Positions 8,889 through 18,912 of a DNA stretch of 64,000 nt are shown piece after piece. The DNA lies in assembly GCA_050633245.1 (NCBI GenBank), contig JBOEGD010000001.1, positions 64,001 through 128,000 of the forward strand. The letters run 5' to 3'. The position numbers were made by a program, and so were the translations under genes. Every line of letters begins with the position of its first letter. Position 1 is the first letter of the stretch. Under the pieces are notes generated by a model that was not told the DNA's origin, made no database searches, and saw only the letters and a list, made by a program, of their open reading frames with translations. Source of the DNA: Calditrichia bacterium. Its GTDB lineage: Bacteria > Calditrichota > Calditrichia > RBG-13-44-9 > J075.

Positions 8889-10109
8889 CTATTCCCGGCC
8901 ACTTTTGCTTAGTGGAATAACTCGAACCTCAGTACCGGCCTTTAACATCTCCCCTGCATTTACGCGAATAAATCCGGATGCACCGCTGATCGAGCTAATC
9001 ATATGCGAGCCCTGTCGCGCGAGCGGGCTTATTTCCGGCAGCGCGTTGTCCACATGCTGAATAGCGACCCTCATTAAGTGCGCGCGATCCATTGTATTGT
9101 GAATGTCTTCTGCTAAACATCCGATAAAACCATCCTGCTTAAAGGGATGTCCACAAAGATAGCGTATCACCGGATGAACGTAGACCATGTAGCTCATGTA
9201 GGACGATACCGGATTGCCGGGGAGTCCAAACAATAAAGTATCACCTCTTTGCGCGAAAAATAGCGGCTTACCCGGCTTCTGCCTGACTCGCCAAAAGATT
9301 TCATTGAATCCACATTCTGCGGCGGCGTCTTTTACCAGATCGTGCGGACCGACTGAAACACCACCTGAAAATAGAATGATACCGGCATTCGATGCCGCAT
9401 CTTCAATCGATTTAACAGTGTCAGAATAGTTGTCTGAAACATGCGAGCTAAGCCCGATAGTGCCACCAGAATCGGTGACGGCACATGAAAGCATTAGTCT
9501 GTTCGAGTCACGAATCTGACCGGGAGCCGGCTTTTCGTGAAAAGGTACCAGTTCGGTGCCTGTGGCGATCACCGAAACGGAAGGTGCTTTAAAGGTAGAG
9601 ACCTTAGTGATTCCCTGAGAGGCGAGGATTGCCAACTGGGGTGGTCCCAAAACACAACCCGCCAGCAGCAGCTTCTCTCCTGCGGTAAATTCTTCGCCCT
9701 CATTGCGAATATGCTGATGAGGCTTGTTTACCTTCAACACATTAATTGTGGTCTCTGTTTCATGAATCACCTCAATGGGAATTACTGTATCAGCGCCGGG
9801 CATGAGCCGCGCACCCGTGCTTATTCGCGCTGCATAACCAGAGGTTAACACCTCATTCATCGGGATACCGGCCTGACTTTCACCAGCGATATGTAATGTT
9901 ATGGGGGTTTCAGGTGTTGCATCTTTCACATCTTCCCATTTTGTAGCATAACCATCCATCGCACTATTGGTAAAAAGTGGGGCGGGCTCTACAGCCACAA
10001 TATCTTCGGCAAGAAGATAACCGGAGCAGTTTGCAATATCTCTTTCTTCCAACAAAGGTTTTGGAAGGGCATCCTGAATTTGTTGAAGTGCCTGCTCAAT
10101 CGTCAGCAT
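8889..10109 (-). CDS. moeA: Molybdopterin molybdotransferase
   Basis: SAMDGYA, ISTGA, TGTEL, DSN, SGGVSVG..D, QKPGKP, GLPGNPVS. Confidence 0.95.
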   Translation of the reverse strand: MLTIEQALQQIQDALPKPLLEERDIANCSGYLLAEDIVAVEPAPLFTNSAMDGYATKWEDVKDATPETPITLHIAGESQAGIPMNEVLTSGYAARISTGARLMPGADTVIPIEVIHETETTINVLKVNKPHQHIRNEGEEFTAGEKLLLAGCVLGPPQLAILASQGITKVSTFKAPSVSVIATGTELVPFHEKPAPGQIRDSNRLMLSCAVTDSGGTIGLSSHVSDNYSDTVKSIEDAASNAGIILFSGGVSVGPHDLVKDAAAECGFNEIFWRVRQKPGKPLFFAQRGDTLLFGLPGNPVSSYMSYMVYVHPVIRYLCGHPFKQDGFIGCLAEDIHNTMDRAHLMRVAIQHVDNALPEISPLARQGSHMISSISGASGFIRVNAGEMLKAGTEVRVIPLSKSGRE

Positions 10110-10581
10110 CTAAACCTCCTTTTATGGAATCGGGCACCGGGCCTTTCAATATACGCTGCATTAACAGTGCGTCTTCACCATTTTTGTAATATCGTGGTCG
10201 AACCCGAACGGTACTGAAACCGAATTTACGATAAAGGGCGATAGCTGCATGATTGCTTTTACGAACTTCCAGGAGAGCAATCTCGGAATCAAAGGCTTCA
10301 TTCAACAGCTGCGTCATAAAGTAGCTGCCCCAGCCCTGTCCCTGGTATTCCGGAAAGATTGCAAACGTGGCAATATGAAATTCTTCATAGAGCTTCCAGA
10401 TTACCGAGTAGCCTATCATAACATGATCTTTTGTAATTACTACCGGGAGAGAAAAGCGATTCCTTGATACTTCAAACTCATAACTTCTTCGAGACCAGGG
10501 GTCAGTAAAAAGTTCAACCTCGCGGGGCATGATATAATCGAGATCGTCCAACGTCATTCGTCGGATATGGACTTTGGCCAT
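10096..10581 (-). CDS. rimI: Ribosomal-protein alanine N-acetyltransferase
   Basis: GNAT QGQGWG, LEVRKSN..AIALYRKFGF, RYY..GEDALLM; ATG overlaps the tsaB stop (TAATG). Confidence 0.92.
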   Translation of the reverse strand: MAKVHIRRMTLDDLDYIMPREVELFTDPWSRRSYEFEVSRNRFSLPVVITKDHVMIGYSVIWKLYEEFHIATFAIFPEYQGQGWGSYFMTQLLNEAFDSEIALLEVRKSNHAAIALYRKFGFSTVRVRPRYYKNGEDALLMQRILKGPVPDSIKGGLDADD

Positions 10582-11303
10582 TACATAATCCCTTGAAAGG
10601 GTCTCATGTAATGCGGTTCGCATTCTGCTACATCAGAAAAGGTAGATGTGGAGAAGGACGTATGCGCAAGCTTGGCCAAAACGGATGCATGAGGAACCTG
10701 CGAGGAAGAGCGGAGTATTTCCGATCCCTCTGGAAGAGCAGGGGCTAGTACTTCCTGCAGTGAGCTTGCTGCTCCTCCGATGCAGGAGACCGGTTCAGAA
10801 ATAAATGTTGTAATATCAGCTATGGCAAGAATCTGCGGTGGTTTAATCGAAATCAACTTCTCTTGTTCGTTTCGATATAGCGCAGTATAGATATCGCCTC
10901 TGCGTGCATCAACCACGGGCATCATTATCCTTTTGGAGGATGTATACTCACTGGCCCAAAGCTGAAGCGTCGGTATTTCGATGATAGGAAGGTTTGCGGC
11001 ATGAGCCAGACCCTTGGCATAGCTATAGCCAATTCGCAGCCCGGTGAATGAACCTGGGCCCGCTGAAAGGGCAATTGCTTCAATGTCATGGACAGTATTG
11101 TTGAAAAGTTGTAACAGATGGTCAACTATTCCGGCAAGATGTTCGGAGTGACCATTCGATATGGCAAGTGTTGTCTCGGCTAATAACGTTTCGCCGCGTG
11201 AAAGACCACATACACATGTTGGTGTGCTGGTGTCCAGCAGCAGCAGAAGCGGCTGACTGGACAATTCCAAGGCTTGTTTTGCTCTTCTCTTCATTAGACC
11301 CAA
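10581..11303 (-). CDS. tsaB: tRNA threonylcarbamoyladenosine biosynthesis protein TsaB
   Basis: LDTST, HSE, GPGSFTGLRIG, DARRG, P.YMR; exact start uncertain. Confidence 0.95.
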   Translation of the reverse strand: MGLMKRRAKQALELSSQPLLLLLDTSTPTCVCGLSRGETLLAETTLAISNGHSEHLAGIVDHLLQLFNNTVHDIEAIALSAGPGSFTGLRIGYSYAKGLAHAANLPIIEIPTLQLWASEYTSSKRIMMPVVDARRGDIYTALYRNEQEKLISIKPPQILAIADITTFISEPVSCIGGAASSLQEVLAPALPEGSEILRSSSQVPHASVLAKLAHTSFSTSTFSDVAECEPHYMRPFQGIM

Positions 11304-11305
11304 CT

Positions 11306-13126
11306 CTAGCCAAATTCATGTAGCGGCTTGTTCTGACGTGCGCGTTTCCTGTCGTTTTCGTCAAGATAAATCTTGCGTAGTCGAATTGATTCTGGCGTAA
11401 TCTCAACCAGTTCGTCGTTATTAATATACTCAAGAGCTTCTTCAAGTGAAAAAATCACCGGAGGAGCAACCTTTACTGCTTTATCGCTTCCCGATGCGCG
11501 CATATTCGTCAACTTCTTAGAACGCTGAATATTAACTTCAAGATCATTGTCTTTGTTGTTTTCACCAATTACCTGTCCTTTATAAACCACATCACCCGGT
11601 TTGATAAAGAATGTGCCGCGATCCTGCAGAGCATCAATGGCGTAGGGGGTAGATGGCCCGGCAGCCATTGAGATAAGCGCACCGTTAACTCGCTGCGGAA
11701 TTTCTCCACGATGCGGTCCGTAGGCGTGGAAGCGATGGTGCATTACTGCTTCACCGGCGGTTGCTGTAAGCAGCCGATTTCGAAGTCCCATCAACCCTCG
11801 TGAAGGAATTAGAAATTCAAGGTGCTGCATATTGCCTTTGCTGTTCATCTCGCGTAGCTCGCCACGTCGCTGCCCGGCAAGCTCTATAACCTTACCGGAA
11901 TAATCGGCGGGTACATCTACGACCAGTACTTCAATTGGCTCATGCTTTTTGCCATCAACATCGCGGAAGATTACCTGAGGTTGACCAACCTGAAGTTCGT
12001 ATCCCTGACGTCGCATATTTTCCATGAAAATAGAAAGATGTAGAATTCCACGACCATAGACCTTAAAGCGATCTGGTGAACCGGTTTCTTCAACGCGTAA
12101 CGCCACGTCGATTTGCATTTCTTTTTCCAGTCGCTCACGAAGTTGACGAGACGTTACAAACTGGCCTTCTTTGCCAAAGAATGGTGAATTGTTCACCATA
12201 AACATCATGCTTATCGTTGGTTCGTCAATGGTCATGCGACCAAGTGCTTCCGGAGTTTCCGGATCGGCAAGAGTATCGCCGATTTCTATTCCTTCAACAC
12301 CCACAATCGCGCAGATATCGCCATTGTTAACGTGCTCTACAGTTTCTCGTCCAATCCCTTCAAAGCTCTGCAGCTTTTTTACCGAGACGGCCTGCGACTT
12401 ACCATTCTGTTTCAGAATGACAAGCGGTTGGTTTTGACGAACGTCTCCGCGATGCACGCGGCCGATGCCGACACGACCAATATAGTCATTATAATCGATG
12501 CTGGTAATCTGCATTTGTGTCGGCCCCTCAATAAATTTCGGTGCCGGGACTTTTTCAATAATCGTGTCGAAAAGAGCTTCCAGGTTATCGGTGCGCTCAT
12601 CAGCTTCATTGGCTGCCCAGCCATCGCGTCCACTTGCATATATGGTTGGGAAGTCCAGCTGATCGTCGTTGGCATCAAGCTCAACAAACAGATCAAATAC
12701 TTCCTCTAGCACTTCTTCCGGGCGGCTGTCAGGGCGATCAATCTTATTGATTACTACCAGTGGCTTTAGACCCAGCAGTAGTGCTTTTTGCAGAACGAAG
12801 CGAGTCTGTGGCATAACGCCTTCAAAGGCATCAACAAGAAGTAAGATTCCGTCAGCCATTTTAAGAACGCGTTCTACCTCGCCACCGAAATCGGCGTGAC
12901 CCGGGGTATCTATCAGATTAATCTTATACGATTTATATTTAACCGAGATGTTTTTTGACAGGATAGTAATTCCACGTTCGCGTTCCAGGTCATTGGAATC
13001 TAGAAAACGTTCTTGTACAACCTGATTGTCTCTGAAGATGCTACACTGTTTTAACATCTGATCAACGAGCGTCGTTTTGCCATGATCAACGTGGGCAACG
13101 ATTGCTACGTTTCGTAAATTTGACAT
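11306..13126 (-). CDS. typA: Translational GTPase TypA/BipA
   Basis: [43 protein letters not shown]; start moved to ATG 13126. Confidence 0.98.
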   Translation of the reverse strand: MSNLRNVAIVAHVDHGKTTLVDQMLKQCSIFRDNQVVQERFLDSNDLERERGITILSKNISVKYKSYKINLIDTPGHADFGGEVERVLKMADGILLLVDAFEGVMPQTRFVLQKALLLGLKPLVVINKIDRPDSRPEEVLEEVFDLFVELDANDDQLDFPTIYASGRDGWAANEADERTDNLEALFDTIIEKVPAPKFIEGPTQMQITSIDYNDYIGRVGIGRVHRGDVRQNQPLVILKQNGKSQAVSVKKLQSFEGIGRETVEHVNNGDICAIVGVEGIEIGDTLADPETPEALGRMTIDEPTISMMFMVNNSPFFGKEGQFVTSRQLRERLEKEMQIDVALRVEETGSPDRFKVYGRGILHLSIFMENMRRQGYELQVGQPQVIFRDVDGKKHEPIEVLVVDVPADYSGKVIELAGQRRGELREMNSKGNMQHLEFLIPSRGLMGLRNRLLTATAGEAVMHHRFHAYGPHRGEIPQRVNGALISMAAGPSTPYAIDALQDRGTFFIKPGDVVYKGQVIGENNKDNDLEVNIQRSKKLTNMRASGSDKAVKVAPPVIFSLEEALEYINNDELVEITPESIRLRKIYLDENDRKRARQNKPLHEFG

Positions 13127-13513
13127 AGTATTTCCGATCTTATAAGTAAATATTAACTGGCAGAAAAAATAGCATTCAAAGCCGGAAGTCAAGTAAAATA
13201 AACTTTAGTTGAGAACGACGTAACAACGGACACATCGTATTTGAGAGTGAATTTACGAGAAAGATTGAAAATTATTCTTCAGGTGTTGAAATATCAATGC
13301 TTGCAAAGCAGGTAGTAACAAATTACATTTTAATTCGTAAACTGAAACCAAGCTCATATTTTTACGCTAGATAGATGCCTCGAAAGTTAAGATTTCGCAC
13401 CAAACGGCCGCGTTTCAGATGGATTTCTAAATAGATATGTTCGATATAAACATCAGCTGCATTCTGTAACCGAACGCACCTTACTCGCCTTCTTGGCAAC
13501 TCGGGAATGACTT

Positions 13514-16330
13514 ATGTCTTACCAGAAAAGACATTCACAGTTTTTCAGGATCATTTTTGCTACCGTTGTGGCAATTTTACTGATCGTTGTTATCCGCTCG
13601 CTTTATTTTAAGGCTAGCACACCGGATGATGAAAACCTGTTTCGCACCACTCCCGGAAGTGTTTTGGTTACTGAGCCAATCACTGGACGACCTGCCCCTG
13701 ATGATTCAGAAGATCCGGACGAATCGGTTTCCATTGAAACAATGATTTTGCCCGGAGAGGTCATTCGCTCTGTCGACGGTGAACTTTTTCGACAGCTATC
13801 AACTCTTGAAGCTTATTTGACCGGCCTGGACAGCCTGGACGAATTGAACTTTGAGGTGTTCGATCCCAGAGATGCCTCAACTCGCAATGTATTAATATAC
13901 TACGGGGATCTTCCGGCAAATGGTTTTCGCGGTCTTTCGTCGAGTGTGTATGTTATTACTGTGTTCGAGGATGGTGCTTCCGATCGTGCCGGGCTGCGTG
14001 TTGGCGACTTGATTGTTAGCATAAATGAACAGTTCTTCAAGAATATGCACGATGCAGATCGGATTCTTAAGGAAGCCCGTTCAGACAAAAAAATTGAATA
14101 TCAGGTTATACGTGGTAATGAAGACATTACCTTTGATATTGTTCTTGCTACGGTTGGCCTGCACCTTCCGGTTTTACTCTTCTTTTTCTGCGGTATGTTT
14201 ATGATTTTGACCGGGGCTTTTATAGGTCTTGCGCGCCCCCAATTTCGGGCAGCTCGTTACCTGGGGGTCGGATTTGTCATAACCGGCTTTTTTATCGCAT
14301 TTTTGGAAGCGACCAGAACTATAAAAGATGAGTTTATTGAGGTTCGGGCTTTTGTCCTTGTCGCTACCATTTTATTTAGCTTGCCATTATGGCTTCACAT
14401 TGCACATTACTTTCCGTTAAAGCATCAAGCCATGCTCGATCGCCGTTGGATTCGGACGACCGGCTATGTTATTGCAGCGGTTGGAGTTCTTGCCATATTG
14501 ATCATAGATGAAGCTTTCTTTGGCTTCTTTTTGTTGGTATTGATTCTCTACAATGCCATTGTTCAGTTTATGTATAGAAAAAAAGCTTCGCCGGAATACA
14601 CTGAAATTTCCAAAGTGCTCAAGCGTTTTAATATTTTAGCTGTCTCTGGTATTGCCCTTACCCTGGGTTTTATTGTTTATACGCATTGGGGAACATTTGA
14701 TATTGGTGGAAATAAGTTCGGGTATATCGGAATTCCTTTGCTGCTTTATCCTCTATCTACCTTATTTGTTATTGGTCGCTATAATCTTATCGATCTGGAC
14801 CTTCGCGTTAAGAGAAACATCCAGTACAGTGCCTTTTCTACAATGTTAGGCGTTCTTGCAGTCCTTGCTTTGGGATGGATGCTGATGAATCTTCCACAAA
14901 TGGAGTTGCCCTTGCCCAATATCCAGTTTCAGGGCAGTTTTATTGAGATAAGCGATGAGCCCATGCTTGGGAAAACCCGTCAAACTATGGAAAAAGGCGT
15001 TTTGATGTTTCTGGCAATTTTGTTGAGTTTTCTAATTGTTAGAGCACGTCGTAAGGGGCAGGCTTTTATCGATAAGAAGTTTTTCCGTGGAAGTTATGAT
15101 TACAGATTGGCATCCCGTGAGCTTGCTGAAGTAATGTCTAGTGAATTGAACATGAAGGGCCTGGCGGAGGGCATTGTTCAGAAGCTGACTCAATTGATGA
15201 AAGTGAAGCAAGCCGGAATACTCTTTTACCGCAATGAATCAGAATGTAGTGCCTCCGAGTCCGCTGGTTTGACTGCGGATCGTTGGCAGTCTTTTGTTAG
15301 TGGAATACAAAACTCTTTTACTGACGTGTTGAAAAGTGATGTCGAAGAACTGCATTTCAGTGTTGAATACTTACCTAGTTCTCTGCGAGAGCACTTCTCA
15401 GAACATGGTTTTCGGCATATTATCGCGATCCGTTCGAAGGACAAATTTGTTGGAACACTTTTGATTGGTGAAAAACTTTCTGAGTCGCCTTTCCACAATG
15501 AAGACCTGCTGTTTTTAACTTCGATTTCTAAACAGGCTTCTGTTTCTATCGAAAACTCTTTCTTGTATGATGAGCTGGCAGAACGTGAGCGTATGAAACA
15601 CGAATTGGCCATTGCCAGAAGAATTCAGCTGGCTTCCTTACCGCAACATACTCCTGTCGTTGCAGGGCTGGATATTGCCGGAATATCCGTGCCTGCTCTT
15701 GAGGTAGGCGGAGACTACTTCGATTATCTAAACGGCAATCCGGACGATTTGACGATTATCGTTGGTGACGTCAGCGGAAAAGGAACCTCTGCTGCTCTTT
15801 ATATGTCTAAGGTGCAGGGGATAATGCGATCCCTGTATGATTTTGGCTTATCCCCGCGCGATCTGTTTATCAGGGCAAATCAATTACTCATCGACAGCAT
15901 AGAAAAGCAGTCTTTTATTACAGCACTTGGCGTGTCGATTAATCCATCCACACGACAGCTTCGTCTTGCCAGAGCAGGGCATGCACCGCTATATCATTAT
16001 CAATCTAAAAGCAAGCGTGTGGAAGAGTGGTTGCCAAAGGGAATAGGTATGGGACTTGCCAATTCTGAGAAATTTGCCGTGGAGATTGAAGAGACGACAC
16101 TTAGTTTTGATGAGGGTGATATTTTCTTGCTGATTACGGACGGGATTACCGAGGCTCAAAGCGATGGTGGTGAAGAGTATGGCGAGGAGGGGCTGGAGGC
16201 CATTCTTGCTGAAGCAAACGGTGCCAGTGCAAAGAAAATTCGCGATAGTATCGTTGCTTCTGTTAATCAGTTTACCGGCGATATGCCCCAACATGACGAT
16301 CTGACGATTGTCGTCGTGAAGGCGGTTTAA
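13514..16330 (+). CDS. Membrane sensor phosphatase: PDZ domain(s), multi-TM region, GAF domain, SpoIIE/PP2C domain
   Basis: DGASDRAGLRVGDLIVSIN (PDZ); several TM helices; GAF region ending SIENSFLY; VGGDYFD, GDVSGKG, AGH, TDGITEA, DDLT. Confidence 0.9.
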   Translation: MSYQKRHSQFFRIIFATVVAILLIVVIRSLYFKASTPDDENLFRTTPGSVLVTEPITGRPAPDDSEDPDESVSIETMILPGEVIRSVDGELFRQLSTLEAYLTGLDSLDELNFEVFDPRDASTRNVLIYYGDLPANGFRGLSSSVYVITVFEDGASDRAGLRVGDLIVSINEQFFKNMHDADRILKEARSDKKIEYQVIRGNEDITFDIVLATVGLHLPVLLFFFCGMFMILTGAFIGLARPQFRAARYLGVGFVITGFFIAFLEATRTIKDEFIEVRAFVLVATILFSLPLWLHIAHYFPLKHQAMLDRRWIRTTGYVIAAVGVLAILIIDEAFFGFFLLVLILYNAIVQFMYRKKASPEYTEISKVLKRFNILAVSGIALTLGFIVYTHWGTFDIGGNKFGYIGIPLLLYPLSTLFVIGRYNLIDLDLRVKRNIQYSAFSTMLGVLAVLALGWMLMNLPQMELPLPNIQFQGSFIEISDEPMLGKTRQTMEKGVLMFLAILLSFLIVRARRKGQAFIDKKFFRGSYDYRLASRELAEVMSSELNMKGLAEGIVQKLTQLMKVKQAGILFYRNESECSASESAGLTADRWQSFVSGIQNSFTDVLKSDVEELHFSVEYLPSSLREHFSEHGFRHIIAIRSKDKFVGTLLIGEKLSESPFHNEDLLFLTSISKQASVSIENSFLYDELAERERMKHELAIARRIQLASLPQHTPVVAGLDIAGISVPALEVGGDYFDYLNGNPDDLTIIVGDVSGKGTSAALYMSKVQGIMRSLYDFGLSPRDLFIRANQLLIDSIEKQSFITALGVSINPSTRQLRLARAGHAPLYHYQSKSKRVEEWLPKGIGMGLANSEKFAVEIEETTLSFDEGDIFLLITDGITEAQSDGGEEYGEEGLEAILAEANGASAKKIRDSIVASVNQFTGDMPQHDDLTIVVVKAV

Positions 16331-16893
16331 AGAGTCTTTACTTCATTATAGCGAAAGCAGTCGGTAACGTGGTCGTTAACCATACCCACTGCCTGCATAA
16401 ACGCGTAACAAATTGTAGACCCCACGAATTTAAATCCGCGCTTTTTTAATACCTTGCTCATTTTATCAGACACGTCTGTTGTTGCCGGAACGTTGGATAA
16501 TAGTTGGTAGTTGTTCTGTATTGGTTTTCCATCAACGAACTGCCAGATATAATCTTTAAAGCTGCCAAACTCCTCTTGAACCTCCAGGAAGAGCTTGGCA
16601 TTTGTTACAGCTGCATTCACTTTAAGCTTATTTCGGACGATTCCGGGATTTGAAAGAAGTTCTTCAATCTTGTGATCGTCGTATTGGGCGATTTTAACAG
16701 GATTGAAGTTATCGAAGGCTTTCCGATAATTTTCTCTCTTCTGTAGAATTGTAATCCAGCTTAGACCGGCCTGAGCTCCTTCGAGAATCAGAAACTCAAA
16801 TAGCATCCGGTCGTCATACACCGGAACTCCCCATTCTTTGTCGTGATAGTCTTTGTAGATTTGTTTATCACCACACCACCCACATCGCTTCAT
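16327..16893 (-). CDS. tag: DNA-3-methyladenine glycosylase I
   Basis: RCGW, YHDKEWG, LEGAQAGLSW, GFKFVG, NDH..DC. Confidence 0.96.
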   Translation of the reverse strand: MKRCGWCGDKQIYKDYHDKEWGVPVYDDRMLFEFLILEGAQAGLSWITILQKRENYRKAFDNFNPVKIAQYDDHKIEELLSNPGIVRNKLKVNAAVTNAKLFLEVQEEFGSFKDYIWQFVDGKPIQNNYQLLSNVPATTDVSDKMSKVLKKRGFKFVGSTICYAFMQAVGMVNDHVTDCFRYNEVKTL

Positions 16894-16923
16894 TCGTTTT
16901 CTCCGAAATAAGTCAGGTTTGTT

Positions 16924-17382
16924 CTAGTTGTTTGTGCCACCAAACAGTTCATTAGCACGTCGCTGCATTTCCTCATCGGATAGCTCTTCCAATAGTTGAG
17001 AAAGAACCCAGATATGCCCGAATGGGTCTTTCAGCCGCCCGGAGCGATAACCATAAAACTGATCGGCAACGGGAAACAATACTTCTGCGCCGGCTTCTTC
17101 CGCAGTTTTTGCTACAGCATCTGCGTCCTCAACATTAAGATTAAGCACGACCGGCGTGCCGCCCAGAGTCTCTGGAGAAGTATTACCAAACTCAGGCATC
17201 TCATCTGCAAGCATGATAACGGAATCGCCAATGGTCAGCTCTGCATGCATAACTCGTCCCGCAGAATCAGTCATACGTCCGGCTGTTTCTTTAGCTGCAA
17301 AAGCTTTTTCGTAAAACGCAATAGCTTCGGCAGTGTTCTTAACGGTAATGTACGGATTTAATGCGGGTCTGTTCCTGGACAT
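16924..17382 (-). CDS. VOC/glyoxalase superfamily protein (PhnB-like)
   Basis: AIAFYEKAF, HAELTIG, DQFYG.RSG.LKDPFGHIW; GGGAGG RBS. Confidence 0.9.
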   Translation of the reverse strand: MSRNRPALNPYITVKNTAEAIAFYEKAFAAKETAGRMTDSAGRVMHAELTIGDSVIMLADEMPEFGNTSPETLGGTPVVLNLNVEDADAVAKTAEEAGAEVLFPVADQFYGYRSGRLKDPFGHIWVLSQLLEELSDEEMQRRANELFGGTNN

Positions 17383-17428
17383 TGTGGATCCTCCCTTTTT
17401 TCAAACATTTAATGATACATCCCAACTA

Positions 17429-18448
17429 TTAAATAGCAACTCGGAGATAGTGTGCCCAGTATCCCTGCCAGCGATTGTATTGATTAGCAATTAGTGAGAT
17501 ACGTTTGGGCAGACTGTCTCCGTAAAAATGTGTTGCTGCTGTTATAAGTCCTCTATCGGTTATGGGGGCGCGTTCCATTCGGCCGAGGCCCTGCAACAGA
17601 ATAAAGCTGGCTGCCCAGGTATCAAGGCCGTCGAGGCGCTGCAGCCAATCGCTTACATCGTCATAAGGTGCCTTAGTCAAAAACTCATCATCTATTTCGT
17701 GAAATGCGCGTGCTGCTGCAAGGAGTTGATTTGCCGCCCCATCATTAAATAAAAATGACGTGAGCTCTTTTGCCGATGTATAGGCCAGGGCGTCTGCTTC
17801 TGGGAAGGCGTAATATCGACGATTTTCCATATGAATTTGTCGACCAAAATGTCTCATAAGCCTGCGTTTTATCAGGCGAGCTTCAGCAACGCTGGTGTTA
17901 CCGGCAAGCAGCGCCCAGCAGGCACTCTCGAATGGCGTTAGGAACTTAACCTGATGAAAGCCATACAGCCGTTGGATAATCGGCTGAAAGTGAGGATCGC
18001 TATAGCCAATGCGATAAAAGGAGTTGAGATCATCCGTAAGGCTAAGAAAAAAGCGAATTCTATCTAGTGCCAGATGCCGTGTATTCTGAGAGATTGCTTT
18101 TTCTGAGAACAGCGTATACGATAAGAGCGGAGAATCCACCGTACCGGCTGAGGATACTTGAAAGAGAATAGCCTGATTATTTATGGAAATTGCTTTTAAC
18201 AGCGCTTTTCTTTCGGCGGACGTTTCCGAAAGTGCCAAACCGAGATAGGCCATAGATTGCTTAATATCGAATGGGGGAGTGGGGTAAAGGTTGCCGGTTT
18301 GTGAAAACAAAGGCTGAAGCGAGGTATGAAGCGAATCGCCATCGGCTGTTTGGTTGCCGACAGATGTGTTTACCTCGTTGTTTACGGCAGCAGCCCGTGC
18401 TGAGACAAGATTCAAGGTGGTCTGCTCATTCACAGAGCGTGTGCCCAT
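17429..18448 (-). CDS. alkA: AlkA-like DNA-3-methyladenine glycosylase (HhH-GPD), divergent
   Basis: PPFD, PFESACWALL, YAFP, HhH-like LDGLDTWAA..LLQGLGR, PITDRGL (catalytic Asp position), WQGY. Confidence 0.8.
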   Translation of the reverse strand: MGTRSVNEQTTLNLVSARAAAVNNEVNTSVGNQTADGDSLHTSLQPLFSQTGNLYPTPPFDIKQSMAYLGLALSETSAERKALLKAISINNQAILFQVSSAGTVDSPLLSYTLFSEKAISQNTRHLALDRIRFFLSLTDDLNSFYRIGYSDPHFQPIIQRLYGFHQVKFLTPFESACWALLAGNTSVAEARLIKRRLMRHFGRQIHMENRRYYAFPEADALAYTSAKELTSFLFNDGAANQLLAAARAFHEIDDEFLTKAPYDDVSDWLQRLDGLDTWAASFILLQGLGRMERAPITDRGLITAATHFYGDSLPKRISLIANQYNRWQGYWAHYLRVAI

Positions 18449-18912
18449 CAGCTAATCTCCCGAATAACCTGTATAACCTTTCCGAGAACGGTAAAACCCG
18501 GTGTCTCGGGATCGATAATAAGAATGCGATCGGGTTCGTCCGTGCTTTCAAGGCGTATTCTGTTGTGGCTGTTTGAGTAGCGGCGTATCAGTACTTTCTC
18601 TCCCAACGTAACTGCAACAACATCACCATCAACGATATGCTCTCGCGATGCAATAACAGCATTGTCGCCTTTACAGAGCCCGGCGCCTTTCATGCTATTG
18701 TCTGAAACCAGCATGCTAAAACGCTTAAGCGACTCCAGACGATTGACGATATGTTTCGCCAAATCACCGGGAGTTCCATCCGTCTGTTCCATTAAAAATT
18801 CCACCCGAGGCAGCTGCAGAAATTCTTCATTCTGCACATCTGCCTGTTTTGGTGTCATTTTTTTCTTAGTGACCGGCGTTCCGGCCTTTGCTGAACGTTT
18901 AGTTAACCACAT
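18448..18912 (-). CDS. LexA/UmuD C-terminal (peptidase S24) domain-only protein, predicted inactive
   Basis: VSDNSM.GAGL..GD, GDVVAV, VLIRRY (K to R), VLGKVIQVIR; no HTH and no Ala-Gly cleavage site. Confidence 0.75.
   Translation of the reverse strand: MWLTKRSAKAGTPVTKKKMTPKQADVQNEEFLQLPRVEFLMEQTDGTPGDLAKHIVNRLESLKRFSMLVSDNSMKGAGLCKGDNAVIASREHIVDGDVVAVTLGEKVLIRRYSNSHNRIRLESTDEPDRILIIDPETPGFTVLGKVIQVIREIS

Noticed and set aside
8889-13126. typA-tsaB-rimI-moeA linkage as a novel system
   Set aside because: Ordinary housekeeping genes; tsaB-rimI pairing is common
18448-18912. Calling this gene umuD
   Set aside because: No cleavage site, catalytic Lys replaced and no umuC adjacent
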